From: Tubulanus polymorphus
Lineage: Eukaryota > Animalia > Nemertea
NCBI RefSeq assembly: GCF_964204645.1
Contig: NC_134032.1
Span: 12,140,275-12,204,274, forward strand
Direction of reading: 5' to 3'
DNA: 64,000 nucleotides
Shown here piece after piece: positions 1 through 13,562 of the stretch; position 1 is the first letter of the stretch; every line of letters starts with the position of its first letter. The position numbers were made by a program, and so were the translations under genes. The notes under the pieces are model-generated. The model was not told the origin of the DNA and did no database searches. It was given only the letters and a program-made list of their open reading frames with translations.

Positions 1-1098
1 AAAAAAACACCTTGGATTTACCATAAGACTTCAAGTAGGGGACGAATCTTTGTTGACAATTGAAAAATGAAATTTGTACGACAACACAAAACGATAGAAC
101 ATGCTTGTCAAAACCAGCAACACATTAGACGCGTCATAATCACCGATATACTATCGAGCCTGATATTACATTTGATGCACCAATATCTGGTTCAGCGAGT
201 AGAGACTGGTTGACGGCAAACTCCCGTCTTACGTAAGAAAGTAGCGGCGAGTTACTAGGGGGTGGGGAGGATTTTGAGAAAACACACCTACTAGCAAGTT
301 CTACGTTTAAGTCCTCCCGTCGCATCTATTGGAAGAACAGGTTACAAAGACGACGTAGAAATTGCAGAGGAACCTTGTTAACCTGGTGTCGTAGAGACTG
401 ATAGTACTTAACAAGCTTCATCTAAAGATACAAGCTTATGCTACAGTAATATGTAAAAGCATTACCAACTGTATTTTATTGTCTAAAACGTAGATAGGCA
501 AAAAGTACTTTAGGTTAACTAGTTTTATCAAAGATACAAGCTTTCGCTACTATTGTATATTAGTTTACAGGTAAATGAGAAATAGACGGCGGATAAACCG
601 AAAGACGAATCTTGCTCGGTGTCGGAGATATTAAGTGGAAGTTTTTTCTCTGAAGATATATCAATGATATGAAAAAATCGTGAAACTTTCATCGCTTATA
701 GTTGGATTGTTTAGCGAACATTTACAATGGTTTAGCCGTCGAACCGCCTGCAGTGGATGAGCATGTCATACGCGTGTAGTTTGTTTGCATATATTCAATT
801 GAATATTCACGGAATATTTTCCGTTTTCGTGTTGAAACCACGGTAATAATTTCTTTATAACTGCAACGACAATAAACACGATTGTGCTAATTGATTAGAT
901 ACTTTTTTCTAAATGATTTTATCTATTATTCTTAAGCTACACGTGATGAATTATTGATACCCGTGAAATGTCAGTCTGGCATAATGAGATTTGTCAAAAC
1001 AGTCTCTCTTCATATCATTCAGTCTCTGATTCAACTTATCAGATATAGTTGTTTCCGGTGTTGCGCAGATTCAAAAAAGTTTGGTTTTGGCGAAAAAT

Positions 1099-3444
1099 AT
1101 GAGACAGTTATATTTGTCGCCGTTTATTATTTGTGCGTTTTATTTTCGCTGGTTGACCGATATCGCCGCAGCTTTGAGTGTGACGAAAGTTTTTCAAAAT
1201 GGAGCTTCGCTGAGCATCGATTTGAAAAGTGAGTTTTTTGTCAATGACTGGGGTCCATTTCACTGCGCGACTTTTCCTCCATATCACATCGACATAACGC
1301 CGGATTCAATTGAAACACTCACCAAAAGTCGGAGGGTTATATCTTTTTTAGTTTAGTTTATTTCCGCAAGAAATTGTAACAAACTTCATATCTATAATGG
1401 ATGTTCCAATATATTCCATAGGCGTCGCCAGGATTTTTTTAGGGGGGAGGGGGTTCGAATATCGGCAACTTGGCGAATCTAGTAAGGCAGCGAAGTTGCC
1501 TTTGACGAGAACGGAAGGTCCGAAGTCCCCACGGGGGGTTTGGGGTCCAACACCAAGACAATTTTGAAAATTAGGAGCGATTTAAAGCGTTTTCCCGCCA
1601 CCTTGAGTTATTACCTTGTGGAAAAAACACGAGAACCACGAAGAGAAACAAATTACAACTACCATTGCATGTTTGTTTTATTAAATATGTATATCTTCAC
1701 AAATAGTATTAAGCTGTTTACAAAACTATGTAGTAAAAAATGAAGAAACCTAGCCGAAAAAGGGGGCTCGTTCGCACCCCCGAACCCCCCTGGCGACGCC
1801 TTTCCTCCCATTGCAGTATATGTTAACGGTCTGGTTGTGGTTAGTGTATTAGAATAGAAAATTACACCCGAAATATTTCAGTGTTTTAAAATCATTTCTT
1901 GTAGTTGTTGATCTTGTGTTTCCGTTTGTAGAAATTAATTCTGAAGTCGTAGTTTCGGAAAAAGGCGGATAATTTTTCTTGGTCCCATAACATTCGACTT
2001 ACACAATGTTTTCTGTAGCATAAATCGTCATAAAATAGCCTGATGATTATTTCTTGATTTCAAAAGCCCGGTCGATCATAACGACGGTCGATGATGTCAT
2101 AAGGGAATCATTCGTGGTGTTTCGTTCGATTTCATGAGTGACGTCATGGATCAATTCGACGGTCTGACTTATTCTTCGAAACTTGCATTTGAACAGGTTG
2201 GAATGTCATCGTTCATTATGGTGATATATCGGGACAAGCTGATGACTCTACCAGTTCTGTGAGCTGCCCGAATGGAACGGTGATGGTTAGCTGCAGGTGC
2301 GCGCCGAACAAGTGCGATGGAGCCATGTTCGCGAGCAACAACGCTTCGACTTGTACCGCCTACAGCGCTTTCATTCTGTTCGGCAAGCTAACTACACAGG
2401 TGCGTCACGCTTTCCAGACGATCTGTCAGCTGATCTGACGGATAACGCCCCCAACAGTCTGAATACCGGTTGACATGACGAACCCCAAACAGTCCGAATA
2501 CCAGCTGATCTGACGGGTTACCCCTAGAACAGTCCGAATGCCAGCTGATCTGACGGGTTACTCCTAGAACAGTCCGAATGCCAGCTGATCTGACGGGTTA
2601 CTCCTAGAACAGTCCGAATGCCAGCTGATCTGACGGGTTACTCCTAGAACAGTCCGAATGCCAGCTGATCTGACGGGTTACTCCTAGAACAGTCCGAATG
2701 CCAGCTGATTTGACGGGATACTCCCACCTGATTGGCCAAACTTTTAACTTTGCATAGACCCCCCTTTTTCCGATGGACCTTTACCAATCCCACTGTCTGA
2801 TAAAAGGGTTTATTATTTATTACAGGCGATTATTGAGTGTATAAATGAAAGTCCAGGACTAGAATTTTTGACGATGGGTGATGTCGGTGACTCGAACTCG
2901 AAAAACCCATCGATGCAGTGCCCGACGGGATGGACCGTGGTTTCTTGTTCAATAATGACTCCGTACGTAAACCAAATAATTTTGGTTTGAAGTTAATTAC
3001 TATTGGGTTATAATCGAAATGTCGAATCAATAAATTATAAGTTATTATTATTATTATGATTAGGAAATGTTTCGGACCTCATATTTCTCGTCTTGTTAGT
3101 TTGAGATTCTCTCTATATTGAAAGCAGATAACTTTATTGATATTAATAACTTTTGTCTTCCACATTTGATTTGTAATATCTTACACAATACGTGAAATGG
3201 TCACCGAACAAGCCTAAAGGGTGAGCTCTGGCGTCTGGTGAAAGGCTTCACGTGCACGTGGCTTTATTCAGTAAATTCAAAGGTACCACGTTTTTTTTTT
3301 ACTAGGCAGAGCAATAAGTACGAAAGCGCGTCTCTCGAACTGCAACCGGAAACTGACTATTGCCAGTCCTACAGTTGTGAAAAATGCAAACTGCAGGCTC
3401 GATGCACGAAACAAGTGGGTAGGTTTAAAATTGAAGTTGGTTGA
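1099..3444 (+). CDS. Cys-rich secreted protein, array copy A (two 6-Cys PCSK9-C/resistin-like modules)
   Basis: Exons 1099-1228 (MRQLYLSPFIICAFYFRWL..., hydrophobic leader), 2197-2399 (WNVIVHYG...SVSCPNGTVMVSCRCAPNKCDG...CTAY), 2826-2962 (AIIEC...CPTGWTVVSC), 3306-3418 (SASLELQ...CQSYSCEKCKLQARCTK). GT-AG introns have phases 1,0,2 and the frame is open. The end is either the donor after 3418 or the read-through stop at 3444. Confidence 0.85.
1420..1801. mobile_element. MITE-like element in copy A intron 1
   Basis: Terminal inverted repeats AGGCGTCGCCAGG...CCTGGCGACGCCT around a non-coding interior with G/C runs. Confidence 0.6.
2424..2725. repeat. Minisatellite, 40-bp unit, about 7 copies
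   Basis: cagctgatctgacgggttactcctagaacagtccgaatgc repeated in copy A intron 2. Confidence 0.9.
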
Positions 3445-4574
3445 ACGCATTTCAATAGCTACGTCAGTATACGTACGATCACTAATGGCTTCCGGTGCTA
3501 TGACTATGTGGTAAGTGGTGATAAAACGAATTTTTAGATTTCTATCGATGTTTTCAAGTGAATTAAAAACTCAAGATGAAGTTTTAAGTTTCGTCGAACC
3601 AATTGTGGTAGGTATAGCGAAGGTCGATATAGAGCGGGAGAAAATCGTCCTGCAGGTTTAGAGATCTGATACGAATTACATTCTAATCAAAAATGCCCAG
3701 CGCACACGGCAAGGAAAAAAAACGTTTTCGATGTGATCTGCTTTGCCACGTGCGTTGGTCATCCCATCGCGGCAGTCCACACTTCACATTTGTGTTCAGG
3801 ATGGAGATGTTTACGAGTTATTTTTTAATTCAAAATGAAGAACAGACATTGGAAATACTCAAATGATCGCCCAGACTTCACGAAACGAGGAAGAAGGGGC
3901 AGTATCGGGCTGCAGAATGTCTGGGAGGCGAAACTCTAGGCTGCATAATATTTGAGGGTGGGTCTAGGCATCAACGCAGAAAGAACACAACCACACGACA
4001 CTTCAACGTACTAATATCATTTCACCATCACACGAAAAAAAGAATATTAGTAGCCAATATTTATTTGTGGGATAGACGTCATACGAAAAATTCTAATCAA
4101 AGACAAACAGCAGACATTGGACATTTTCATCAGTAAACTTTCGAAAACCTTCAGAACTCCTTTCGAGACAATTATACCGAAAGTTCTTCACAAACTTCAT
4201 CCCCTTACAGCAGCTGTGGTGGGAGAGCAGGGAGTAGAGCAGTCACAGTGTGTTCATGGTGAACCCTCTGTGGAAGGGAGGGAGAGCAGCCAGTAGAACC
4301 ATGGACATATAAACTATAGTTTATACGTCCATGGTAGAACAGACTCAGTGTGTTCTTGGTGAGCCACCCATGGCTGTGGTGGGAGATGCAGTGTTCCAGT
4401 TGAAATTCAGTACTAAGCTTAGACTATGTCATAAGACTTGCAAAAAGGACAATGTAGAATAGCCACGCTGACGTGGAGAACTGACAATAAGTTTAAAACC
4501 CACTATATACAGAATTTAAGAGATTAGAAACGAATTATATTTGTCAAGAATTAAAATCTATGTATAGATAAGCT

Positions 4575-4980
4575 AATGGAACAGTCACGGTGTGTTCTTG
4601 GTGAACCCCTCACAGCTGAGGTGGAAGAGAAGTGAATAGAACAGTCACAGTGTGTTCTTGGTGAACCACCCAGAGCTGTGGTGGGAGAGCGGCGAATAGA
4701 ACAGCCACAGTGTGTTCTTGGTGAACCCCTCACAGCTGAGGTGGAAGAGAAGTGAATAGAACAGCCACAGTGTGTTCTTGGTGAACCCCTCACAGCTGAG
4801 GTGGAAGAGAAGTGAATAGAACAGTCACAGTGTGTTCTTGGTGAACCCCTCACAGCTGAGGTGGAAGAGAAGTGAATAGAACAGTCACAGTGTGTTCTTG
4901 GTGAACCACCCAGAGCTGTGGTGGGAGAGCGGCGAATAGAACAGCCACAGTGTGTTCTTGGTGAACCCCTCACAGCTGAA
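4575..4980. repeat. Minisatellite, 60-bp unit, about 7 copies (degenerate copies at 4200-4390)
   Basis: acagtcacagtgtgttcttggtgaacccctcacagctgaggtggaagagaagtgaataga, in two interspersed variants. Confidence 0.9.
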
Positions 4981-5240
4981 CTGACACAGTAGGTTTCATT
5001 TTTCAACCCGATGAAAATACCATTTGCTGCAAATAATCGAACAGTTTTCAAATGATGCAATCATATTATTCTAAAATGAATGCACTAACAATATATGTAT
5101 GTAAATTATTCAAACGTCAGGTCTGGAAACCGTCAGTTCGGAATATATTGCATTGAGCCGCTACTGCTGGTTCATTTACGCATCAGTAACTTTATCCCAC
5201 GTCATTGCGCCTCTTCCAGAATGTTTAGAGAAAAAAAAAT

Positions 5241-7063
5241 ATGAGACGGCTATGTTCGTCTGTATTTCTTATTTGCGCGTTTCATTTTCGCTGGTTGGTT
5301 TATTTCGCCTCAGCGTCGCGTGTGACGAACGTTTTTCGAAATGGAGCATCGCTTAGTGTCGATTTGACAGGTGAGGATTTTTTTTCTCATAAATACCGTT
5401 TCACGTAATAACGTATAGAACTCGGTGAAATGAAATAATGAAACTGTCGTAATGAAATGTGAAACGGGCCTCAGGGACCAGTTTAAGATCTTCGTCCCGT
5501 GTATCCACCCTCCTGCAATTTTTGGACATAAGTTGCAACTGGGCTCCGTGAAGCTGTTTCTGTGTGGCCCCGCGTCGCATGCATCGGGCTTAAGTTAAGT
5601 AAACAGGGGTTCCTGCGAGTTCCATAGAGTTGTGTCTCTAATCTAACGTTGAGAGGCTCAATCGAACATGAGCTAGTAATTACTGAGGATTCAAATTTTG
5701 ACAACCGAGGCTATCGTAGATCATAACAAAATCATTAGATTTGCAAGCGACAGACCAATCTCCAAGAAGGTTATTTTAGATTTAGATTTAGAATTAACGA
5801 TGATGTTAGTAGGGGAATACACGACAGGATCTACATAATATTTGATTACGTCATAGGGGAAAAATGGGGCAGCAACCATCGGGACGATCTATATTTGAAC
5901 TGATTGGGATTTTCAAATGTCTATTTGAACAGATTGGAATGTCAGTGTTCATTACGGTAATCACTCGCTCCCTGCAGACGACGCTCCGAGTTCTGTAAAC
6001 TGTCCAGATGGTACGGTGATGGTTAACTGCAGGTGCTTGAACAGGTGCGACGGCGCCAGGTTCACTTCGGCATGTACGGCCTATAACGGCCGAACCAATC
6101 CGCCGGGAACGACTCGGGTACGTCACGTAACACAAGCCGTCTATCCAAAATCCACGTTCACGCCGATATTAAAGGCAGTCTCATTATAGCCTGTCGACCT
6201 TGCGGGTAATCGAAGATTCGGTTAGCCGTGTGTGGACTGAAGTTTATACGTGTATCCACCCTCCTCCTGGTGGACTGTAACGAACCCCACCGTTTGTGTT
6301 CTTTTTTTCATTCAGGCAATCATTGAATGTATACCTAAAAGTCTGGAGCGAGACTTTTTAACTGTGGAAGCCACTGGAGAAGCAACGATAAATGAATTTT
6401 TGCAAGACCCGAAAGTTAGCTGTCAGCCTGGGTGGACCGTTGTCTCCTGTACACTTCACTCTCTGTAAGTGCCAGGGGCCGTATTCACGAAGTACCCGTA
6501 AGTTGCGTGTCACGTTGGATTTACGGGTGCTTCGTGAATACGGTCCCAATACAGCTCTCATTTCTGCCATTTGAATAAGAACTCTTAAAGTAAAACTCAC
6601 ATAATTAAAACAAACTCATTTGAACCGTATGATGTAACCCCGAGTAAACCCTGAATGATGCAACGGGTTCAATAAGTAAGCTTTATAAGTTCTTAGGTAT
6701 TAGTCTAAATGTGGTATATTGGCCGTTTAATAACAGTTTTAACTGTGATTTGCTTGCATCTTGACGGATGTGACGTCAAGTGCATAACACCTAGTGACTA
6801 GGGAACTAACAAGCCATCGTGGCAATAAATGTTGTAAGCTTTACATTTCTTTATTTGCTCTGATAGTCACTCTTCAAACATCAAATAATAATCGGATGAT
6901 ATCTTATAATCAATGATCACGTATTTCTAGATGGAGTGATATTTACCCAAGTGCGTCTCTTGAACCGCATCAGCAAACTCAAGGTTGCCAGTCCTACGAA
7001 TGTGGAAGATGCAAATTGCAAGCTCGGTGCGCGAAACCCTCGGGTAGGTTTAACGAAAGTTAG
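5241..7063 (+). CDS. Cys-rich secreted protein, array copy B
   Basis: Exons 5241-5370, 5933-6117, 6316-6464, 6931-7043 (donor GTAGGT; read-through stop 7061-7063). Same phases and 12 conserved Cys as the other copies. Confidence 0.85.
6475..6548. repeat. Near-perfect 27-bp inverted repeat (short MITE-like hairpin)
   Basis: ggggccgtattcacgaagtacccgtaa...ttacgggtgcttcgtgaatacggtccc, 25/27 complementary. Confidence 0.8.
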
Positions 7064-7789
7064 TAGGAGGTGTGACAAGAAGTAGTGAATATCTGTGCCT
7101 TTTTTATGCGGTAAGTATACCTCCCGATTTAACTAACCATTAAATTCGTGCATGCTAAAACTAAACGCGCATCATTTGCGGTAGGTAATCACCGATATCA
7201 ATGTTGGTTATAGCAGGCACCAATTTTGGCCTGCAAAGCCTAGATCTCGGGGCTATAGTCCAGTATAAGGCATTATAATTCGCGTGTTGAGTAACAGTGC
7301 GTTCTATGGCTAGTGTTAACAGCAAATGACCGTTGACAGTCGACACCTTGATTAAACGATGAGCTGACGTGTCGACCTGTCAACCTATCAACGATATCTG
7401 CCTTTAATTGCTATTCTTATTCATAATTTTCTTTGCTTCTCATAAATCCAGTATATAATCATTATTATACTCTTTATTTCACTATAAAAAAACTCTTACG
7501 CTACTAGATGTCTACTGTCAACCGTCCTTTACTGTCACCACCTAACTGGTTTGTAAAGTGTCTACTGTCGACATTCCTGTACAGTCATCACCAATCCGGG
7601 GTTCGTATGGTCCCTATCAACCGTCCTGTTGAGTCATCGCCCTGGTATGTAGGGTGTCGCTTGTCATCAGCTGTAGAATACGTTCTATCGAGAATCTATT
7701 TTCAACTTCCGAAAGGAATTCTACACATTGCGCTATAATGCCGCATATCACACTCGAGCCTAGATCTCTAACACAGGGTTTGGTTCACT

Positions 7790-8030
7790 CGACTTCAGAA
7801 TGTCTGAGGGATGCAGATACCGACTGTAGAATGCTGTCCTTAGAGGTGCAGGTCCACACTGTAGAATGTCTGAGGGTTGCAGAATTTCTAAGAGGTGCAG
7901 ATACCGACTGCAGAATGCTGTCCTTAGAGGTGCAGGTCCACACTGTAGAATGTCTGAGGGTTGCAGAATTTCTAAGAGGTGCAGATACCGATTGTAGAAT
8001 GCCTTAGAGGTGCAGGTCCAAACTGCTGTA
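7790..8030. repeat. Tandem repeat (~78-bp higher-order unit of a ~28-bp motif)
   Basis: actgtagaatg...gaggtgcaggtcca units, related to the 28.4-29.0 kb satellite. Confidence 0.8.
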
Positions 8031-8374
8031 GGCCTACTGACTCTTATTAGACACGGACCAATTTGGTACGGACATATTTGGCCCAGGCCAATTCATCTCC
8101 GCACGATCGCGGCTTACGTTAAGACTAAGGTATTATCCCGGTCCGTAATAATTTCACTTTTCGTACATACAATATGTTTTTCTGACAGCTAATGCGCGGA
8201 TGTATATAATCAATACCAATAGCATCGTTCTGACGCAAAGACTTTATCGAACATTCAGTTCTGTATAAAGGTTTGAATACTGCGCATTGGGTCGCAACAT
8301 AAAAACTCCTCCTGTTGTTTTTGCGCCAATCCGGAAAGTTTGGTAGTTTTGCTGAAGAATAATATGAGACGGTC

Positions 8375-10063
8375 ATGTCAGTGTTTTTAATTTACGCGTG
8401 TTATTTTCACTTGTTGGTTTATTTCGCTGCGGCGTCGCGTGATGTGGCGAACGTTTTTCGAAATGGAGCATTGCTTAGTGTCGATTTGACAGGTAAGGAT
8501 TCTTATCAAGAACTGTGAGGATTCACGACTCCCGATCTATAAATACAATACTGTTGTTGAAACGTTGACAAAAGTCGTTTTTATCTTGACAAGATAACCC
8601 TTGAAACAGACTCCTTGATTCTGTGAGTTTAATTCAACCAGTTCCACCGTGTTGTCGATTTGACTCTTTTGTGTGAAGAGCCCTGTGGAAATTAGGCAGT
8701 TCAAATCCACAGAGATTTTTTATTCTGGATGACCACTCAGCGAGTCCCATGATTTTTCACAATTCCTTCTCTCCGATAGGCCGACAAAGGTAAACGCAAT
8801 GGTTAAAAAGAAATTTAAGGGGGGTTTAACCATGACACTCGATCTTCTGGAAGGGTCTGTAAATAAAATCATCATATTTAGGGGAACCTTACCGTCAGGT
8901 CTACAGTTGAATGGGGTTCCCGAACTCTTAAATGAATCAATTATCGATGAAAACTATACCGATGCCTGAGAAGAAGAATGAATGTATTGTATATATTACA
9001 TTTGATGGGTACTGTGATAATATATGGATTCGGGAGTCTAAAAATCCAGTTTAGGTTCATTGAAAATTGACTAATTTTGACAACGCAAAAACCTATTGCT
9101 TGTCACGCCATCTGGTGGGATAGCTGGTGTTGCGGGTTGCCCGTTATCTATAAACGATTTGATGACTTAATTTGAAGAATAACGGAGCAGCAGTTCGGGA
9201 CGGTCAGAAATATTTCTCTTGAATGTCTATTCGAACAGGTTGGAATGTCAGTGTCTATTATGGTGATCGCTCGCCCCGAGGAGACGGCAAGTCCAGTTCA
9301 GTGAGCTGCCCGAATGGTACGGTGATGGTTAGCTGCAGGTGCTTGCACAGTTGCGACGGCACCAGGTTCGCGAATCGTTTTCAAACATGTGCCGCCAATA
9401 ATTATAGGGCGGCAACTACTCAGGTACGTCACTTGACACTAGCAGATTATCCGAAAGGCCGTTCACATAATTTTTCCGAGGGGGTACTCATGGGTTTCTT
9501 AAAGTCTTAATTTAAGTCTTAAATCTTAAACTTGCTTAAACTTAAAGTCTTAATCTTGCATGTAATCATAGTCTTAGAATTATCTGCATGGGTATAGTCT
9601 GATATTCAAACTTACATCCACCCTGTCTCCTGATGGATCGCGTGTAATGAACCCTATCATTTTGTGTTTCATTTCATTCAGGCAATTATTGGATGTGTAC
9701 CGGCAAGTCCGGAGCGAGACTTTATAACAGTGGAGGCCACAGGAGTTCCATTGAAATACGGCTATTTGAAAAACCCAAAAATTTGGTGTCAACCTGGATG
9801 GACCTTGGTTTCGTGTGCACTACATTCCCCGTAAGTGCCAGGGTACAGTTTCACTAGAGGAATTAACTCCTAATTCGATTGAAAATAAACTAAATTGATA
9901 TTGAGCCTTGAAATATAATTGATGATTACATATTTCTAGGTGGAGTCATGAGTACCCGAGTGCGTCGCTCGAACTTCAGCAGCAAATTCAAGGCTGTCAG
10001 ACCTACAATTGCGGGCGATGCAGACTGCAGGCTCGGTGCACAAAACTATCGGGTAGGTTGTAG
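8375..10063 (+). CDS. Cys-rich secreted protein, array copy C
   Basis: Exons 8375-8492, 9239-9423, 9682-9830, 9940-10052 (read-through stop 10061-10063). The ancestral ATG at 8364 is out of frame; an in-frame ATG at 8375 gives MSVFLIYACYFHLLVYFAAAS. Confidence 0.75.
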
Positions 10064-10394
10064 GTGAATTTTGCGGAGTAATATCGGCGAAATCAAGTAG
10101 TGAATTTCTGTGCCTTTTTCATGCTGTAAGTATACCTCAACATCTAACAAAGCTTTTATTGATGTTTCTAAAACTAAACCCCATATCATCATAGTGGTCA
10201 TCATCAAATTGCGGTAAGTAACACCCGGAAGGTGGGAGTTTGTGGGGAAGAGCTGTTAGTATCTATATGCGGGGTAACTATTGTGGTAAATGGAGGTACA
10301 ATTGTTGTAAACGGGAATGGACTATTGTAAAGGTTAGAGGACGAGGTAGCGTAAGTGTAGGAGATATCAGACTAGGCCCTTGCCAGATTTTAGG

Positions 10395-10775
10395 ACACAG
10401 GAGTTCCATTGAAATACGGCTATTTGAAAAACCCAAAAATTTGGTGTCAACCTGGATGGACCTTGGTTTCATGTACACTTAATTCCGCGTAAGTGCCAGG
10501 GTACAGTTTCACTAGTAACGCCTAATTCGATTGATACACTGAATTGACGAAGAAATTAGATCGATTTAGTAGACAATCTGGTAGATAATTAAACCTTTTG
10601 TGAAAATTTGGCCAAGGGCGGCTCAGTTAACATAGACACTCTATAGTGAAACAAGATAAAAAGTTAACTAGATAACTTGATCTCCTGTACACTACACTCT
10701 TGGTGAGTCGCAAGGCCATCATTCCGGCGGATTCGAACCTGATAACATTTCAAGAATGCCACGGTTCAAAATCCT
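10395..10775 (+). pseudogene. Orphan partial exon-3 duplicates of the array genes
   Basis: ~10395-10515 repeats the 3' half of copy C exon 3 with its donor and intron start. ~10681-10775 repeats the end of copy D exon 3 and the following intron (cf. 12812-12905). Confidence 0.7.
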
Positions 10776-11518
10776 GGACTTATAAGTTATAAGTCCAGTT
10801 ATTAAGATGATTTATTCGAATTAAACCCTGAACACAGAAACGCGCTGAATTAGTTAAATATGAAATCTGTCATTAAGAATTGAGGGGGGTGAATAGGTAA
10901 GTAACACCCGGAAACAATGGGAGTCAGCGTCGTTATCTAAATGCGGCCTCGACCACGTTCCGGGTGTTCGTTCACCCGATAACATTATAGCCATGATCAC
11001 ACCAGCGATTTTGGCTCGACCCAACCGTTCATTCGGATTCCAACTGGGCCCGTGTCTGATTGGCCGTATTTGGCCTGACCAAAAACCTCGGCCCAGACCC
11101 GTGCCTAATTTGCTAATTGGTTTGGAAACAGTCGCAACAAGGTTCGAGTTGGACACTCGCAATAAGGTTCCAGGTGCATCCTCGCGCAGCTGAGGCGTAG
11201 TTCACGTTGGCGGTTTTGGCAAGTTGAATATTCATGATATAGTTTTGTTTGCGAAGGTTTTCGGCTCTATGGTGATCATCGATGACGATTAAATTCCTCC
11301 CGATATTTTTTACCTTTTTTCAAACGATTTATCTTTTCCGATACACTGACAATAGCATAATGATGAATGATTAATACCAGTAGCAGCGGTTTGAAGCAAC
11401 AACTTTATTGGACAGGCAGTTCTGTCAAGTTACCTTAATTGCACTGAGTCCGTAAAACAAAAACTCCCGTTTAGGGTTTTTGTTGCACCGTCCAGAAAGT
11501 TTGGTTTCGTTGATGAAT

Positions 11519-13562
11519 ATGAGACAGTTATACTTGCCGGTGTTTTTGATTTGCGCGTGTTATTTTCACTGGTTGGTTTATTTCGCCGCCGCGTCGTGTT
11601 TGCGGAATGCTTTTCGAAAAGGAGCATCGCTAAGTGTCAATTTAACAGGTAAGGATTTTTATCATGAACTGCGTGTGACCAGTTACACAAGTTTCGTATA
11701 ATTACATAAGTACTCAATGAAACTGTAATGAAACGTTAAGCCGTTCTGTTAAGCAGGCCCCAGTGACCACTTGCACAGTAAAATGGCTTACTTTTTAAGC
11801 TCGGTTTTATAGCCAAATAAAGCCGATTGATAGATGGACCACACTTAAGACTGAAGACTGAAGGCTGAGTTAAGCTATGGAACTCAGGAATTCAGTTCTA
11901 TAGAGTTTTCAGTTAAAGCTGACTTGATAGAGGCATAATTGAAAATGAACCTGAGCCAAAAAGAAATCGAATTTAACTTTTATGCAACAAAAGGGTTCTG
12001 TAATTTTGAGAATATCGTACCCCTGTAGACCGAAAATTTAATGTAGACCATCGTGAATTATAGAATAGTCCCTAGTTACTTGGATGATGTCATAGGGAGA
12101 TCTAAAAGCGACAGTCCGATGTCTAGGTAGGGTCTTTTGGATGCCATAGGGGAATTTTTCAATCGTGAAAGTTCATCTTTTCCGGGTTCTGTAGATAAAA
12201 TCGTTAAACGTCGAGTTTATGACATCAAGTTTGTAAAAAGGTTTAAAAAGGATTCGGGACGGTCTGAAATCTATTTCTATTCAAGGTTGGAATGTCAGTG
12301 TTTATTACGGTAATCACTCGCTCCCAGATGACGACGCTCCCAGTTCTGTAAGCTGCCCGTATGGTACGGTGATGGTAAGCTGCAGGTGCTCGAACAGGTG
12401 CGACGGTGCCTTGTTTAAACGTCGTTTCCCGACATGTACCGTCAACAACGCGCGGAACTCGGGAACTACACGGGTACGTCACGTGACACCGTAGCAGACG
12501 AAACAAAAACTTCGTTTACGTCGATATTTCGAGGGTTGAACCAAAGTCCAGTGATTAACTTTTTGAAACGGGGGGGGGGGGGTTTACAGCGTGAATTCAG
12601 CTTACTCGACCCAGTTGCATAATTCTGAGGTACAATTTGACTCAAAGCCCTGATGGCCCGAACTCCACTTCTGTTCTTTTCATTCAGGCAATTATTGGAT
12701 GCATAACTAAAAGCCCGGAACGAGAATTTCTAACGGTTGCGGCCACAGGAAATGTGTCGGGGTACTATATGGAGGACCCAGAAGTCCGGTGTCAACCAGG
12801 ATGGACCTTGGTCTCCTGTACACTTCACTCTTGGTGAGTCGCAAAGCCATCATTCCGGCGGATTCGAACCTGATAACATTTCAAGAATGCCACGGTTCAA
12901 AATCTTTCAGCCTGATTTCACAGCTTGAGGCGCAGCTTATCGATGATGTCATTAACAGCCAATCATAAATCCCATTTTAGTTTAGCAAGGGCTTTTCCAT
13001 GTTATCCTTCTTTGCGACAGCGCCACAAGGCTGTGATCGTCGCCGCTGTATGTTTTTGTGCGGCAAACCTGCGCATGTACGGTACCTGCGTACTCGGACT
13101 AGTGTGGCAGGGTTTCGTGCTGTGGCTGCAAGTTGAGCGATGCCATCAGGATCGAATACCTACTGAGGGAGGATGGTCAAGGGAAGCTGCAATTCAAGAA
13201 TAAACTCTCCAATATAATTTGCAAAATAACACACTAGTTATCTACAAAATATTGAAATCAAGTACTAACTTTACTAACTTTTGCCTAAAAATTGGACTGC
13301 AGGGAAAATTGCAACTAACCTAACGATAAACATGGCTTTATATCCAGATTAAAAAGAAGCCATTTAACCTGGGAAATAAAAGATTTTGCAGGTAAAAATC
13401 TATAACGAATGCTCGCGTGTGTTTAGGTGGAGTAGTGGATATACGTCGTCTCTTGAGCTGCGGCAGCGAACTCAAGGCTGCAAGTCCTACAATTGCGGAA
13501 GATGCAGACTGCAGGCTCGATGCACAAAACTATCGGGTAGGTTGAAAGTAGTGTTCATTTAA
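11519..13562 (+). CDS. Cys-rich secreted protein, array copy D
   Basis: Exons 11519-11648, 12286-12473, 12688-12833, 13427-13536 (read-through stop 13560-13562). Frame open. Confidence 0.85.

Noticed and set aside
2424-2725. CRISPR-like regular repeats (also at 4575, 15590, 28420, 45545)
   Set aside because: Head-to-tail units without unique spacers, no cas genes, eukaryotic context.
4551-5060. 169-aa repetitive ORF with HCxC motifs
   Set aside because: It is simply the translation of the 60-bp minisatellite, with no splice or start context.
7170-7240. Possible spliced-leader RNA gene (GGTAGGTA donor followed by an AATTTTGG Sm-like site)
   Set aside because: The Sm-like site is absent from most paralogous spacers and lies within a hairpin. 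There is insufficient support without 5'-end cDNA data.
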